64,000 nucleotides of DNA from a phage: the NCBI GenBank assembly GCA_014435945.1, contig GCA_014435945.1_4088.1; one strand, written 5' to 3'. The position numbers and the translations under genes are program-made. Under the pieces are notes generated by a model. It made no database searches. It was not told where the DNA came from and saw nothing but the letters and a program-made list of their open reading frames with translations. The number at the start of each line of letters is the position of its first letter. The stretch's first letter is position 1. Positions 44,306 to 55,853 of the stretch are shown in pieces.

Positions 44306-44452
44306 ATGGAAGAAATACTTAAAAAAACATTACAAGATGTAAGTAAAACTGTAGCAACACAGGACGATGCCGTAAAAATCCTTAAAGCTTTTATACAAAA
44401 TTTGGAACATTGTCGGTATAATTCGAGAATACAATGTTTACACAAATGGTAA
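44306..44452 (+). CDS. small hypothetical ORF
   Basis: 48-aa ORF, ATG 6 nt after AGGA; below ORF-track cutoff. Confidence 0.25.
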   Translation: MEEILKKTLQDVSKTVATQDDAVKILKAFIQNLEHCRYNSRIQCLHKW

Positions 44453-44609
44453 ATGGTCGGTTGGTGTAAACTATACAGATCATAAACAAGAAAAAAAGTA
44501 CTTGTATTGTGTGAATATAGATTGGTTTCCTGTTGATGAGATACTTCAATAAAAGTGTAAGTAATAGATAAATAATATAAAGATGTCATTCCATAACAGG
44601 AGAATATAA

Positions 44610-45296
44610 ATGGCTACAATGCTTGATCGATATGGCGTTCCGCTCGCTGGCGGTGGTCGTATCTCTATGAAACAACCTAAAGCAAAATATAAATTCCGTG
44701 TTGTTTTCTTTGGCTTCGGTGCTAACGACGATGGCAATATGATTACCCTAGATACCAACACCGTTGGTGCTGTATCTGTATCACATGAAAACGTCACTGT
44801 GCATAGTTATAACAGTTCTGCTCACTATAAAGGTAAGTATACTTGGGATACTATTGATGTGGCTTTCCGTGATTCAGTTGGTAATGCTTCTGCTAAAGCT
44901 CTTTATAACCAAATGCGTAAAGAATTTAACTATTACAGTCAAGAATCTCGTATGACTGATTCCCAGTTCAAATTTGAAATGTGGATTCAAGAACTAGATG
45001 GTTCTAATAGTGAAAACACTTCTAACCTTTTTGAAGGTACTTTGAGTACTTGGGTATGTCAAGGCTGCTTTATTGAATCTAGTAACTTTGGTGACTGGGA
45101 TTATTCCTCAAGTGAAGCACAAGTTATTTCTATGACAATTCAACCAGACGGCTGTGCAAAACTCGGTCCTAATGGTGAAGCGTTCGGTGATGAAATTACT
45201 GGTTTCGGTAACCCATCCACTGCTACCTCTATTAGTGGTGCACAAACCAACATTAGTAGTACTACTCTACCAGATAGTAACTTCTACGAAAATTAA
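44610..45296 (+). CDS. putative tail tube protein, paralog 1
   Basis: Directly downstream of sheath; N-terminus DRYGVPLAGGGRISMKQPKAKYKFRVVFFGFG shared with next ORF; fold not verified. Confidence 0.45.
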   Translation: MATMLDRYGVPLAGGGRISMKQPKAKYKFRVVFFGFGANDDGNMITLDTNTVGAVSVSHENVTVHSYNSSAHYKGKYTWDTIDVAFRDSVGNASAKALYNQMRKEFNYYSQESRMTDSQFKFEMWIQELDGSNSENTSNLFEGTLSTWVCQGCFIESSNFGDWDYSSSEAQVISMTIQPDGCAKLGPNGEAFGDEITGFGNPSTATSISGAQTNISSTTLPDSNFYEN

Positions 45297-45312
45297 TTTT
45301 TCTTTTAAACGT

Positions 45313-45341
45313 AAGCCTCGAACTAGTTCGGGGCTTTTTTT
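45313..45341 (+). terminator. intrinsic terminator
   Basis: AAGCCTCGAAC ... GTTCGGGGCTT hairpin followed by T7. Confidence 0.65.
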
Positions 45342-45385
45342 ATGCTAAATAAAGTATAATACCTTATAAAATAAAAGAGGTTGCT

Positions 45386-46162
45386 ATGGCAAATAACATG
45401 ATTAATAAATATGGCGTTCCTCTACCATCAGGACGTAACCGTTCAATGTTACAACCGAAAGCAAAATACAAATTTCGTGTTATTGTATATAATTTCGGTA
45501 CTGATATAGATGAGCGTGATCACATTGCATTAGATGTTGATAAAGTTGATAGACCTACTGTTACTTTCAGTACTCATAAACTATATCAATTTACAACAAA
45601 TACATCTTACATTGGTAGTCACGATTGGGACCCAATTACTTTAACTATCCGTGATTCAGTTGGTAATGCATCAGCAAAAGCCTTGTCACGACAATTACAG
45701 AAACAATTAGATTTTCAACGAAGAATTACTTCCAGAACTGACCATGATTATGGTTCATATAAGTTCGGAATTGTCATTCAGATGTTGAATGGTCGCAACT
45801 CTGATGATACACTAGAAGACTTGGGAAGAAACACATTAGTTAATGCAACAACTGCCGCTACCAACAATACTGGATTAGTCAACGCTGTTGATCAGTTCAT
45901 TGGTGGTTCATCATACAATAGTGCTGGCGTTATGGAGTACTTTGTACTAACAGGATGTGTTATACAAAATATATCATATGATTCACTTGACTATAGTTCA
46001 AGTTCTCCTGTTGAAATGGTTATTACAATAAAACCTGATAATTGTATCCAATTCGATAATATCGAAGAAATGTACAGTACTAGAATAAATTCACTTTTAC
46101 CTGAAAACGTAAACCAAGGATTAGATATCATTGACCGTGTTTTCGGTAGCATTGGATTATAA
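45386..46162 (+). CDS. putative tail tube protein, paralog 2
   Basis: N-terminus NKYGVPLPSGRNRSMLQPKAKYKFRVIVYNFG paralogous to 44610; ATG after AAAGAGG. Confidence 0.45.
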   Translation: MANNMINKYGVPLPSGRNRSMLQPKAKYKFRVIVYNFGTDIDERDHIALDVDKVDRPTVTFSTHKLYQFTTNTSYIGSHDWDPITLTIRDSVGNASAKALSRQLQKQLDFQRRITSRTDHDYGSYKFGIVIQMLNGRNSDDTLEDLGRNTLVNATTAATNNTGLVNAVDQFIGGSSYNSAGVMEYFVLTGCVIQNISYDSLDYSSSSPVEMVITIKPDNCIQFDNIEEMYSTRINSLLPENVNQGLDIIDRVFGSIGL

Positions 46163-46173
46163 GGAGATAACCC

Positions 46174-47268
46174 ATGAGTGATTTTTTTGATTCATTTGTC
46201 AGTACTGGGACTAGTATAGTTAATGGTGTTATTGATAATATCAACATCATTAGAGAACCAGCTTTTGAGAATTATAACGCTGCACAACGTGTGTTTGGTA
46301 CAGCAGGTGAAATGGGTTTTTCATTCTATAATTTACCAAAATTTAAGAACAGTTTTATTATCGAATTCGTACTAACCCCGTTCGCAAAGAATTTTATTAA
46401 AACTCAACTCCCAGATACACATACTGATTTTGATGTTAATAATGTATCGTGCTTTGTAAAAGATGTAACACTTCCTAGTTTTTCTTTTAGTGTTGAAACC
46501 GTAAACCAATACAACAAAAAACGTTTAGTTACTGGTGATATTGTTTATAAACCCAGTAATGTTGTTTTCTATGATACTGTTGATGGTGCTGGATATCTCC
46601 TAATGGACGCATATCGTAAGTTCTACTATGGTGACTTCTTTGACAAGAACCCACAATCTTACCGAAATGACGTACTCAGTACACCAGAAAATTTCAATGG
46701 TTTAGGTGGAAACTGGGGTCGTTCTGTAATGAACAATGGTAACTACGACAACCAGTACTTTTTCAAATCAATTAATATCTATGAAATTGATAATGAAACC
46801 TATACAGTTCATAACATGATAAATGTATTCATCGAAGATATACAATTAGAAACTAAATCTATGGAAAGTGAAGGTGACCCAGCACTATTATCTTTGACTA
46901 TGCGTTATGAAGCGTGTAACAACTTTGGTCCTGAAGGGTACTTGAGTATTGGTGTCCCTACAATGGAAATTGCACAACTCATCACCGATACTGAAGGTCT
47001 TGGTGTGAGTGGATTCTTTAAGTACTTTGGTGAACTTGATGACAAAACTAAAGGAATTTCGACAGTTGGTAAAATTATCCGAGCAGGAACATCAGTTAGT
47101 GATATAATCAGTAGTGCTGGTGATATCCTTCGTGGTGACATTACTCCTGATACCATCCGAAACATAGGTTCCGCAGTGACAAGAGGTGCAAATGCTATTG
47201 GTTTAGGAAGCATCGTTTCTTCTGCAAGCTCAAAATTCGGATTAGGTAATATATTAGGAGATTTTTAA
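46174..47268 (+). CDS. hypothetical virion protein
   Basis: 364 aa, ATG after AAGGAGA; Gly/Ser-rich C-terminus; within tail module. Confidence 0.5.
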   Translation: MSDFFDSFVSTGTSIVNGVIDNINIIREPAFENYNAAQRVFGTAGEMGFSFYNLPKFKNSFIIEFVLTPFAKNFIKTQLPDTHTDFDVNNVSCFVKDVTLPSFSFSVETVNQYNKKRLVTGDIVYKPSNVVFYDTVDGAGYLLMDAYRKFYYGDFFDKNPQSYRNDVLSTPENFNGLGGNWGRSVMNNGNYDNQYFFKSINIYEIDNETYTVHNMINVFIEDIQLETKSMESEGDPALLSLTMRYEACNNFGPEGYLSIGVPTMEIAQLITDTEGLGVSGFFKYFGELDDKTKGISTVGKIIRAGTSVSDIISSAGDILRGDITPDTIRNIGSAVTRGANAIGLGSIVSSASSKFGLGNILGDF

Positions 47269-48285
<1,017 letters not shown>

Positions 48286-48312
48286 CTTAAACGACCTTAT
48301 GGAGTTATTAAA

Positions 48313-48846
48313 ATGAATAGATTACAACAAATCCTAACGGATAAAAAACCAGTTTTTGAATACCGAGTCAAGTTTGCAGTTGAACCTACCAATGAGCAAC
48401 TACGTAAAGTATCACAACGCCTAATGGATCGTTATGATGCATTTGATATTGGTGCACTAAAGAAAACTATTTTCATGGAAAGACCACTAGATTTTTATGA
48501 ATTAGATTGTGGTGAAATTTGGATGTTTGATTTCAAATGCCACCGTGGTGTTCAATCAAACGTACTAATGTATGAAATTGGCAACCTACTAAGTATGACT
48601 GAAGCTCTAATCCGTGTACGTAGTAAAGATGAACCACGTCAACAAGAAATGACCGAACTCGAAGATGATATTGACTTTGACGATTACGAACCAGTAATTG
48701 GTGTTGATTTTGGTAAACCAGAAGACAGCCACGATTTAGCTGGTGAAGAACGTGCTGTAACCGCAGTTAAAGATGCGATTGAAGCAGTAAAAAGTGACAA
48801 TAAATACTCTCAATATATGAGTGCTGGTTTTGGTAAAAAGGATTGA
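48313..48846 (+). CDS. hypothetical protein
   Basis: 177 aa; acidic C-terminal half. Confidence 0.5.
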   Translation: MNRLQQILTDKKPVFEYRVKFAVEPTNEQLRKVSQRLMDRYDAFDIGALKKTIFMERPLDFYELDCGEIWMFDFKCHRGVQSNVLMYEIGNLLSMTEALIRVRSKDEPRQQEMTELEDDIDFDDYEPVIGVDFGKPEDSHDLAGEERAVTAVKDAIEAVKSDNKYSQYMSAGFGKKD

Positions 48847-48849
48847 GAC

Positions 48850-49395
48850 ATGAGTATACTTAATGAAATGTTAGATTATAATGATGAAGAGCTAAATGAA
48901 GCTCGTCCATATAGTCGTTCACAAAGTGCAGTAGATAGTGCAAAAGGAAAAGTAAAAGGCTTTTTCGGTAGTGGTCAAGTAGAACAAGGTGCACAAGAAG
49001 TTGGTGCAGAAGCAAACCGTCTTTGGGCTGAATTTAAACGCTATGTTGGACGCAAATACGGTAAAGCACAGCCATCAGTACCATATGCTGATGTTGCACA
49101 ATTCTTCAAAGGAAATAACCTTGATATAAAACATTTGGGCAATAACAGTCGTCGTACTTTTACTCCTAAAGATGTTGGTTCTGCTCTATTGGCAGCAGCA
49201 CGTGACTTGATGAATGATTATCGTGATGATGATAAAGGTGAAGAACAACAACGTCCTGCACCACAAGCTCAACCTGACAATGCTCCACAATCAGCACCAC
49301 AGGAACAGCCAAAAGCACAAGGTTCTAGTATCCCTGATGCTCTACAAAAATTAAGTCCAGAGCAGCGTGAACAACTTTTGCGTATGCTTTCTTAA
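48850..49395 (+). CDS. hypothetical protein
   Basis: 181 aa; Q/P-rich low-complexity C-terminus. Confidence 0.5.
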   Translation: MSILNEMLDYNDEELNEARPYSRSQSAVDSAKGKVKGFFGSGQVEQGAQEVGAEANRLWAEFKRYVGRKYGKAQPSVPYADVAQFFKGNNLDIKHLGNNSRRTFTPKDVGSALLAAARDLMNDYRDDDKGEEQQRPAPQAQPDNAPQSAPQEQPKAQGSSIPDALQKLSPEQREQLLRMLS

Positions 49396-49408
49396 GGAGA
49401 ATCAACAC

Positions 49409-50920
49409 ATGGATAATTTTTTCAGTACTGAAACTACCACAGTACCTAATGGATATGTATATACTTCTCACACTGGTGGCAAATATGTATTTCTTGAAGG
49501 TTTCTGGTTTAACGACAATAATATGTTAATGGTAGACCCTAAAAAATACCCATCCATGTACGCAAGTGCTCGACAACAGATTGTTGAGCACAATCTATCT
49601 TCTAGTGAATATAAAATTGGTAACAAATATATTCTTGAAGGTAAAGAGTGTACATTTCTTGGTGAAAATCGTTTCAATTCTAAAGATGGAATTCTACTAA
49701 CTGAAAGTGAAATTATCACTGAACTAATGGCAGATGACCACCGTGTATATAATGTTTCAAAAGAAACTCTACAAAAAGAATGGAACTCCCTAAAATTCTA
49801 TATCCTTCCACCATATGCTGATGATATTTCTATTCCAGCAGGTATGGAAGTTAGTGGATTTAAATTCATCCCTAAAAATCACCGTTTTGTTGATGCAAAA
49901 TCTGGACGTCCAGTTGATCCAGCAATGACCCGTAAACTTTCCGATGAAGGTATGCGTATTGCTCGCCAATTAGCACCAAAAAACAAACTAATTCCAATTA
50001 AATCTACTTTAGTACAAGGCAATACTCGTTCCGAATGGAATGGTAAAGAATTTTGTGATAATGATGGTAATGTTGTAATTCCAGAACAAAATGCACATGT
50101 AATCTTTAATGCATATCAGCAATTTGTTAAGGCTAACCCTGGTGATTTTCCTTCACTAACTGGTGAACATGAATCAGGTGAACAACGTTTTGGTTCAGGT
50201 GAAAAGCCAGAACAACCTAAACAACCAGTAAAACAGCCAGTATTCGCAACAAAAGAATCCATTAATGAAGCAGATGAAGAGATTGAAGAAACTGAATCTG
50301 TTGTGGTTCCAAATGGTTACCGCATTACTTCAAATAAAGGTAAAACATACATTAAACAAAAAGATGCATGGTTTGATGTAGAAACTAAAAAACAACTAAA
50401 TGTTAGTGCTGCAAAAAGTGTTGAACGTGCTGCTCAACGTGATATAATTCGCCATAACAGTTCTGGTGCAATGAAAATCGGAACTAAAGTAAAATCTAAG
50501 AAAGGCACAGAGTATTCTTATATCGGTGGTAACCGCTTTATTAGTGCTGATGGTAAATTGATTCCAAAATCAACTGCTGATAACATTCTTGCTCGTTATG
50601 ATGCAGAACGTGCTGATAAGAAAGAAGAAGAACCTGAAGAGAAAGTAGATGCTGAAGTATCAAGTACTGATGTAGTTGAGCCAAAAGCTGAACCTACTAA
50701 AGAACCAGAACCTGTTGCAGAGCCAGAACCTGAAGTTCCTGCTGCTGGGGATGAAGTTCAATCATTAGCTTCACGAATTAAAGAATCACCTTACGCTAAG
50801 AAAATTACAGTACTCTTAACGCGTGGTGATGAGGTTTCTCTAATTGCTGCTGACATTTTACTATCTGGTAAAAAGGATGAAACAGTGCAAATTTTAAAAT
50901 CATTAAATAAGAATGATTGA
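49409..50920 (+). CDS. hypothetical protein with internal ~90-aa duplication
   Basis: ATG after AAGGAGA; VPNGYVYTSHTGGKY ... and VVPNGYRITSNKGKTY ... repeat units; acidic C-terminal region. Confidence 0.55.
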   Translation: MDNFFSTETTTVPNGYVYTSHTGGKYVFLEGFWFNDNNMLMVDPKKYPSMYASARQQIVEHNLSSSEYKIGNKYILEGKECTFLGENRFNSKDGILLTESEIITELMADDHRVYNVSKETLQKEWNSLKFYILPPYADDISIPAGMEVSGFKFIPKNHRFVDAKSGRPVDPAMTRKLSDEGMRIARQLAPKNKLIPIKSTLVQGNTRSEWNGKEFCDNDGNVVIPEQNAHVIFNAYQQFVKANPGDFPSLTGEHESGEQRFGSGEKPEQPKQPVKQPVFATKESINEADEEIEETESVVVPNGYRITSNKGKTYIKQKDAWFDVETKKQLNVSAAKSVERAAQRDIIRHNSSGAMKIGTKVKSKKGTEYSYIGGNRFISADGKLIPKSTADNILARYDAERADKKEEEPEEKVDAEVSSTDVVEPKAEPTKEPEPVAEPEPEVPAAGDEVQSLASRIKESPYAKKITVLLTRGDEVSLIAADILLSGKKDETVQILKSLNKND

Positions 50921-50942
50921 TAACTAAAAGGATTTATTTAAA

Positions 50943-51935
50943 ATGGCTAAAAAAATTAATGAAGCACAAGTTAAAATCGATATCGCAGGTCTAGAATCTG
51001 AAGATCTAGAAACACTATCTCGTATGCTTGCATTAGCTGGTCAAGCAGAGCGTCAAGCTTCTCCTGTTGCTGCTCCAGTTCCTTCTATGGGGTCTATGAC
51101 CCCTTCTCTACCACCAATCGCTCCACTCGACATGGATTCCATTGGTGCGGGTGCTGAAGAAGAAGTTGGTGGTACAATGGATGGTGCGATTGATGCACCA
51201 GTTGAAGACCCATTGGAAGTAGCTGCTGACTCACTATCTGCTGAAGCTGGTGATTTTGGTGGTGATTCTGAAGAAGTAAGTATGGATGCAGAGTTCGAAG
51301 AGCCTGGTGTTGCAGATGAAGAAGAGTTTTCTTTAGATCTTTCCGGTCAACCTCAACTAGAATCAGTTGAAGAAGAGGAAGAAGAAGAAGAAATCATCGA
51401 AGAAGAATTCGATTTCAGTCGTATGCTATCTCTAGCTGGTCTTCAAGACGAACCAGAAGATGAATATTCAGTAGAAGGTAACCCAGATACTGAAGTTAAA
51501 GTTGAAGAAAACACTTTCCTACCAGACCTAACCATCTCTGAAGATGAAGAACAAGGTGACAGTACTGATTTTGGTCCTTACAACACTGAAGCTGATGCTG
51601 TTCGTGACGGTCAAGCTAAAACTAATGGTGTAGAAGGTGACCACTTTGTTGTTATTACCAAGGGTAACAAGTTCTACTGGAGACGTGTCGTTGATGAAGA
51701 TGTTGACAATCGTCCTGAACCAGAGTACTATGACAATGACGGTAACGAGAACCGTGTTCACAAATTTGAACCTAAGTTTCCAGGTACTGCTCTAGGTGAC
51801 AACCCACTCAATGTTAATGAGAGTGATGAGTCAGTGGAAGGTAACGAAGAACTAGAAGATGAAAGCGATGAAGAAGTCGAAGACATTTTCGAAAGTCTCC
51901 AGAAGAAATATCAACAATTTCTAGGGGACAAATAA
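50943..51935 (+). CDS. highly acidic protein (hypothetical)
   Basis: 330 aa, long Glu/Asp runs (EEEEEEEEIIEEE). Confidence 0.5.
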   Translation: MAKKINEAQVKIDIAGLESEDLETLSRMLALAGQAERQASPVAAPVPSMGSMTPSLPPIAPLDMDSIGAGAEEEVGGTMDGAIDAPVEDPLEVAADSLSAEAGDFGGDSEEVSMDAEFEEPGVADEEEFSLDLSGQPQLESVEEEEEEEEIIEEEFDFSRMLSLAGLQDEPEDEYSVEGNPDTEVKVEENTFLPDLTISEDEEQGDSTDFGPYNTEADAVRDGQAKTNGVEGDHFVVITKGNKFYWRRVVDEDVDNRPEPEYYDNDGNENRVHKFEPKFPGTALGDNPLNVNESDESVEGNEELEDESDEEVEDIFESLQKKYQQFLGDK

Positions 51936-51936
51936 G

Positions 51937-52329
51937 ATGGGATATAATTATCGTGAATTGGTTGAAGCATTAGATGAAATCACTTCTAGTGAAGAATCTA
52001 CTGAAGAAGAAAGTTTTGCAGTTGAGACTCCTTCTGATGCTGTTGCCACCGATTTACTTAAAGATATCACCGAATGCCTTATCCACATTGTGGATAAGGT
52101 TAAATCAGGTGAAGATCAAAAAGAAATCGTAGAAAAGCTTCAAAAAGCGTGTGACATTTTATCGGATGTTCGATATAATGATGAAAGTACTGAAGAAGTT
52201 GATGAATCCACTGATTGCTGCTTCGGAACCAAAGATATGGGTCCGAAAATTGGTAAAGATGGTGTCCAAGACTATAAAGTTAAAGATGCTCCTTCATATG
52301 CAGCAAGACAGGGTTTCGTGGGGATGTAA
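51937..52329 (+). CDS. hypothetical acidic protein
   Basis: 130 aa. Confidence 0.45.
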   Translation: MGYNYRELVEALDEITSSEESTEEESFAVETPSDAVATDLLKDITECLIHIVDKVKSGEDQKEIVEKLQKACDILSDVRYNDESTEEVDESTDCCFGTKDMGPKIGKDGVQDYKVKDAPSYAARQGFVGM

Positions 52330-52332
52330 TTT

Positions 52333-52710
52333 ATGATTCCTGAACCACACAACAGTACTGAATTTCAAAACGATGTACTTTTAAAAGTTAGAGAAGTACA
52401 TGGATCAGACGCTGAATTAACAGACCGTATGCTTCTGATGTCAATTTTTGAAAATTTCAGAACTGGCGGTGGTTTAAGACTTAGCAAGTTTGGATATACA
52501 ATTTGTAAAGAAAACATTCTTTATGAATTTACAAAAATCCCCTTGCAAAGAGAGTTCAAAAGTTCTATAATCTTTACATCGCTTGATAGGATATGTACTT
52601 CACCCTACTATGTAGAAGGGCAGTACATATACCTCTCGGACGCAATGATAGTTACAGAGTTAACATTGTGTGGTGATGATTTTAGAATGTTATTTTCGAT
52701 GCACATGTAG
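52333..52710 (+). CDS. hypothetical protein
   Basis: 125 aa. Confidence 0.45.
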   Translation: MIPEPHNSTEFQNDVLLKVREVHGSDAELTDRMLLMSIFENFRTGGGLRLSKFGYTICKENILYEFTKIPLQREFKSSIIFTSLDRICTSPYYVEGQYIYLSDAMIVTELTLCGDDFRMLFSMHM

Positions 52711-52736
52711 CTTCGAAAATAAAGAAAAAAAAGATG

Positions 52737-52764
52737 TTGACAACGCCGAATGATGTGTTATAAT
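52737..52764 (+). promoter_or_regulatory. sigma70-type promoter P1 (tandem copy 1)
   Basis: TTGACA, 16-nt spacer, TGtTATAAT (extended -10); ~40-nt unit repeated at 52829. Confidence 0.6.
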
Positions 52765-52828
52765 GACCACCACGAAGCAAGTTTTCAAAATCACAAGATG
52801 TGAGATTGAAAAAGAAATAAAAAAGTTG

Positions 52829-52856
52829 TTGACAAGCCTGAACGATGTGATATAAT
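52829..52856 (+). promoter_or_regulatory. sigma70-type promoter P2 (tandem copy 2)
   Basis: TTGACA, 16-nt spacer, TGaTATAAT; near-identical to P1. Confidence 0.6.
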
Positions 52857-52919
52857 GACCACATCAAGACGGCAAAGAGAAATGCCTTTTTAAATACACG
52901 GATGATTCATGAAGTAACA

Positions 52920-52960
52920 AAGGAACTGATAAGTTAAAAATTCTTTTAACACAGTTCCTT
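52920..52960 (+). other. long nested hairpin followed by T-rich tract (attenuator/terminator-like)
   Basis: AAGGAACTG ... CAGTTCCTT outer stem enclosing GTTAAAA-attc-TTTTAAC; followed by TACTTTTG. Confidence 0.5.
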
Positions 52961-52987
52961 TACTTTTGCCCACGGATTGGCTATAAT
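52959..52987 (+). promoter_or_regulatory. possible third promoter (weak -35)
   Basis: TTTACT, 17-nt spacer, TATAAT; 41 nt upstream of the MoxR ATG. Confidence 0.35.
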
Positions 52988-53027
52988 AGAAACCTAAACG
53001 ATTTTATCCAACAAAAGGAAAATATAC

Positions 53028-54356
53028 ATGTCTACTCAAAACAACGATATCCTGAACGTAAAACTGACTCCTAAGAAAGCTAAAGAAGCAATGGCACTGG
53101 CTGACATGATTCAAGATAGCCTGATGATTTGGGGTAGCCCTGGTATCGGTAAATCTGCCATCGCACGTCAATACGCTGATGAGAACTACCCACTGCGTAA
53201 AGATAACGTGGCAAAAATTGAGTTCATGAAACAACAAATCGAAGCTGATACTGAAAATGCTGATCAACTTCGCCGTGAACTGGCAGCGTTTGAAGCCAAA
53301 CTAATCGACCAAGACACTAACTTTATCGATTTCCGTTTGTCTCAGATTGAACCAAGTGACCTTCGCGGTATCCCAGTTCCAGAGAAAGTGTTCCTTGATA
53401 TGGATGGTAAGCAACTGATTGAATCTGAACTGGCTAGTGCACAAGATTACATCGCTGAAACAGCAGTTGTGTGGGCAGCACCTAAAGTACTGAAACTGTC
53501 TCCAGATTGGAAAGGTGTTATTCTGTTTGACGAAATCAACTCTGCAATGCCGATTGTACAGGCAGCGTCTTATCAGCTAATCCTCGACCGTTGTGTTGGT
53601 GAGATGAAGCTACCTAAGACTGCACTGATTCTCGCAGCAGGTAACCGTGAAACTGATGGCGGTGTAACGTTCTCTCTAGCTACACCACTGCGTGACCGTA
53701 TGACCCACATCGAAATGATTCCTTATCATCAAGATTGGATTAACGATTATGCGATTGGTAAGCGTTTGAACCCAGCAACTGTAGCGTTCATCAACAACAC
53801 TGGTGCTAAACACTTCAACACCCTTAGCCCACAAGATCCTTCTCACTGTGGTGGTACTTCTCCACGTTCATGGGAAGCAGTAGCACGCTACGAAGATCTG
53901 AAGAAAGTTAAGAACATTGATAAAGAAGTGTTCCGTGCGATGATTGCAGGTCGTGTTGGTGAAGGCGTAGCAACTGAATACATCGAGTATGTTGATAACG
54001 TAGCTAAACTACCAGATACCATGTCCATCCTACAGGGTGAGATTAAAGAGATTGATGCTTCGCTTGATATTTCCGCGAACTACTTCATCACTCTGAATCT
54101 GGTTTACAAAATTATCGACCTCTACAATGAGAAGCAAGAACAACGTCTACCAGTGGAAGATTGGGGTAAGCTGTGCAACAACTTCATCACCTTCCTAGAC
54201 CATAACTTCTCTGCAACTCAAGCAGAACTGGCAGTACTGGCGATTCGTACCATCACGCTTCATAAAGTAGCGATTACGATTAAAGATGTACCAGCGTTTA
54301 AAGACTTCGTTATGAAGTACTCTGACCTAGTACGTAAAGCACGCTCTCTTGGTTAA
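53028..54356 (+). CDS. MoxR-like AAA+ ATPase
   Basis: Walker A WGSPGIGKS, Walker B ILFDEIN; size and pattern of MoxR/CbbQ-type ATPases. Confidence 0.8.
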   Translation: MSTQNNDILNVKLTPKKAKEAMALADMIQDSLMIWGSPGIGKSAIARQYADENYPLRKDNVAKIEFMKQQIEADTENADQLRRELAAFEAKLIDQDTNFIDFRLSQIEPSDLRGIPVPEKVFLDMDGKQLIESELASAQDYIAETAVVWAAPKVLKLSPDWKGVILFDEINSAMPIVQAASYQLILDRCVGEMKLPKTALILAAGNRETDGGVTFSLATPLRDRMTHIEMIPYHQDWINDYAIGKRLNPATVAFINNTGAKHFNTLSPQDPSHCGGTSPRSWEAVARYEDLKKVKNIDKEVFRAMIAGRVGEGVATEYIEYVDNVAKLPDTMSILQGEIKEIDASLDISANYFITLNLVYKIIDLYNEKQEQRLPVEDWGKLCNNFITFLDHNFSATQAELAVLAIRTITLHKVAITIKDVPAFKDFVMKYSDLVRKARSLG

Positions 54357-54380
54357 TAATTAAAAAGAGTGTTGACAAGG

Positions 54381-54406
54381 AGGATACCACATGGTATCCT
54401 TCTTTT
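54381..54406 (+). terminator. intrinsic terminator
   Basis: AGGATACC-acat-GGTATCCT followed by TCTTTT. Confidence 0.6.
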
Positions 54407-54431
54407 ATCTTAACTAAACGAGGAAATACAA

Positions 54432-55841
54432 ATGTCAGATAAACGTTTCAGTGATGTTACTCCGGCTCTCCAGAAAGAATGTCAAGATCGTCTGATCTTA
54501 GCTCGAACATCTTTAATGCTAACATTCCCATTCTTTGGTGTACTGGCTTCTCGTCTGCGTCCAGTTGCAAACAACACATGGTGTCGTACTTTGGCTGTAG
54601 ATGGTAAGCATTTATTCTACAACGTAGAATTCATCATGGGTATTCAGGACCAATCCAAAAAGTCAGCATACGAAGAAGCAATTCGTGAGAAACATCCTGA
54701 AGTAACTGAAGAACAACTTAAAGAAATGACAGAAGGTTTGACTGATGAAAACCTGATTGCAGTTATTTGTCATGAAATTCTTCACTGTGCATATGACCAC
54801 TTCTTGCGTCGTGGTATGCGTGACCCGCAGCGTTATAACCGTGCTGCTGACTATGCAATTAACCAGATTCTTGTTCGTGATAAAATTGGTAAAATCCAAA
54901 GCCAATGGCTGTACGATAAAAAGTACGATGGTATGACTGCTGAAGAGATTTATAACATTCTCGAAGAAGAAGATAAACAGGATCAAGACGGGGAAGGTGA
55001 AGGAAATCCACAGGCTGGTAGTGGTGAGGGTGAAGGTAAATCACGCGGTACTTTTGGTGATATCAAAGATGGTAAAGGCAAAGGTACAACAATCGACCAG
55101 CATGACGTTCCACAAGAAGGTCAAGAAGGTGGTTCAAGTGATAAACAAAAACGTGATTATATGGATGATTTCAAAACAGCAATGATGAATGCTGCTCGTG
55201 CAGGTGGTACTCCTGCTGAAATCGCACGTATGATTAACAACTTCAAAGAACCTAAGATTGACTGGCGTTCCAAACTTCACCGCACACTGCGTAGCTGGTT
55301 GAAGTCTGATGCAACTTATCAAAATCCTAATCGTCGTTCATGGGGTGCTGGTTTTGGTAGTTCTGGTTCATTCTACGGGAATCCAATCTTCCCTGGTATG
55401 AAACCAGATGATGATATTGATATTGCAATTGCACTAGATGCATCCGGTTCTATCTCTGAAGATATGCTCCGTGATTTCATCAGTGAAGTACTGGGTATCA
55501 CTAAGCAGTTTAAACAATTTAAAATCCGTATCATGACGTTCGATACTGAAGTTTATACTGTTAAAGATTACAAAACTGGTGAAGAGAGTAAGATTCTCGA
55601 ATATCCAGTGAAAGGTGGTGGTGGTACTGACTTTGAAGCAGTATGGGTTCATATGAAGCATGACAACTATAAGCCTAAACAGCTTATTATGTTTACCGAT
55701 GGTGAGCCGTGGCAGTCATGGGGTGATCCTGATTACTGTAAGACACTGTTTGTTATCCACAGTAATCCTAACAAACAAGCACCATTTGGCGAAACTGTAC
55801 ACTACGAATATGAAGCTGACAAAAAGCGTCAACGTAGCTAA
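54432..55841 (+). CDS. von Willebrand factor A domain protein with N-terminal metallopeptidase-like domain
   Basis: HEILHCAYDH (HExxH) in N-terminal half; C-terminal MIDAS motif DIAIALDASGS; Gly/Glu-rich linker. Confidence 0.7.
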   Translation: MSDKRFSDVTPALQKECQDRLILARTSLMLTFPFFGVLASRLRPVANNTWCRTLAVDGKHLFYNVEFIMGIQDQSKKSAYEEAIREKHPEVTEEQLKEMTEGLTDENLIAVICHEILHCAYDHFLRRGMRDPQRYNRAADYAINQILVRDKIGKIQSQWLYDKKYDGMTAEEIYNILEEEDKQDQDGEGEGNPQAGSGEGEGKSRGTFGDIKDGKGKGTTIDQHDVPQEGQEGGSSDKQKRDYMDDFKTAMMNAARAGGTPAEIARMINNFKEPKIDWRSKLHRTLRSWLKSDATYQNPNRRSWGAGFGSSGSFYGNPIFPGMKPDDDIDIAIALDASGSISEDMLRDFISEVLGITKQFKQFKIRIMTFDTEVYTVKDYKTGEESKILEYPVKGGGGTDFEAVWVHMKHDNYKPKQLIMFTDGEPWQSWGDPDYCKTLFVIHSNPNKQAPFGETVHYEYEADKKRQRS

Positions 55842-55853
55842 GTACTAAATAAT

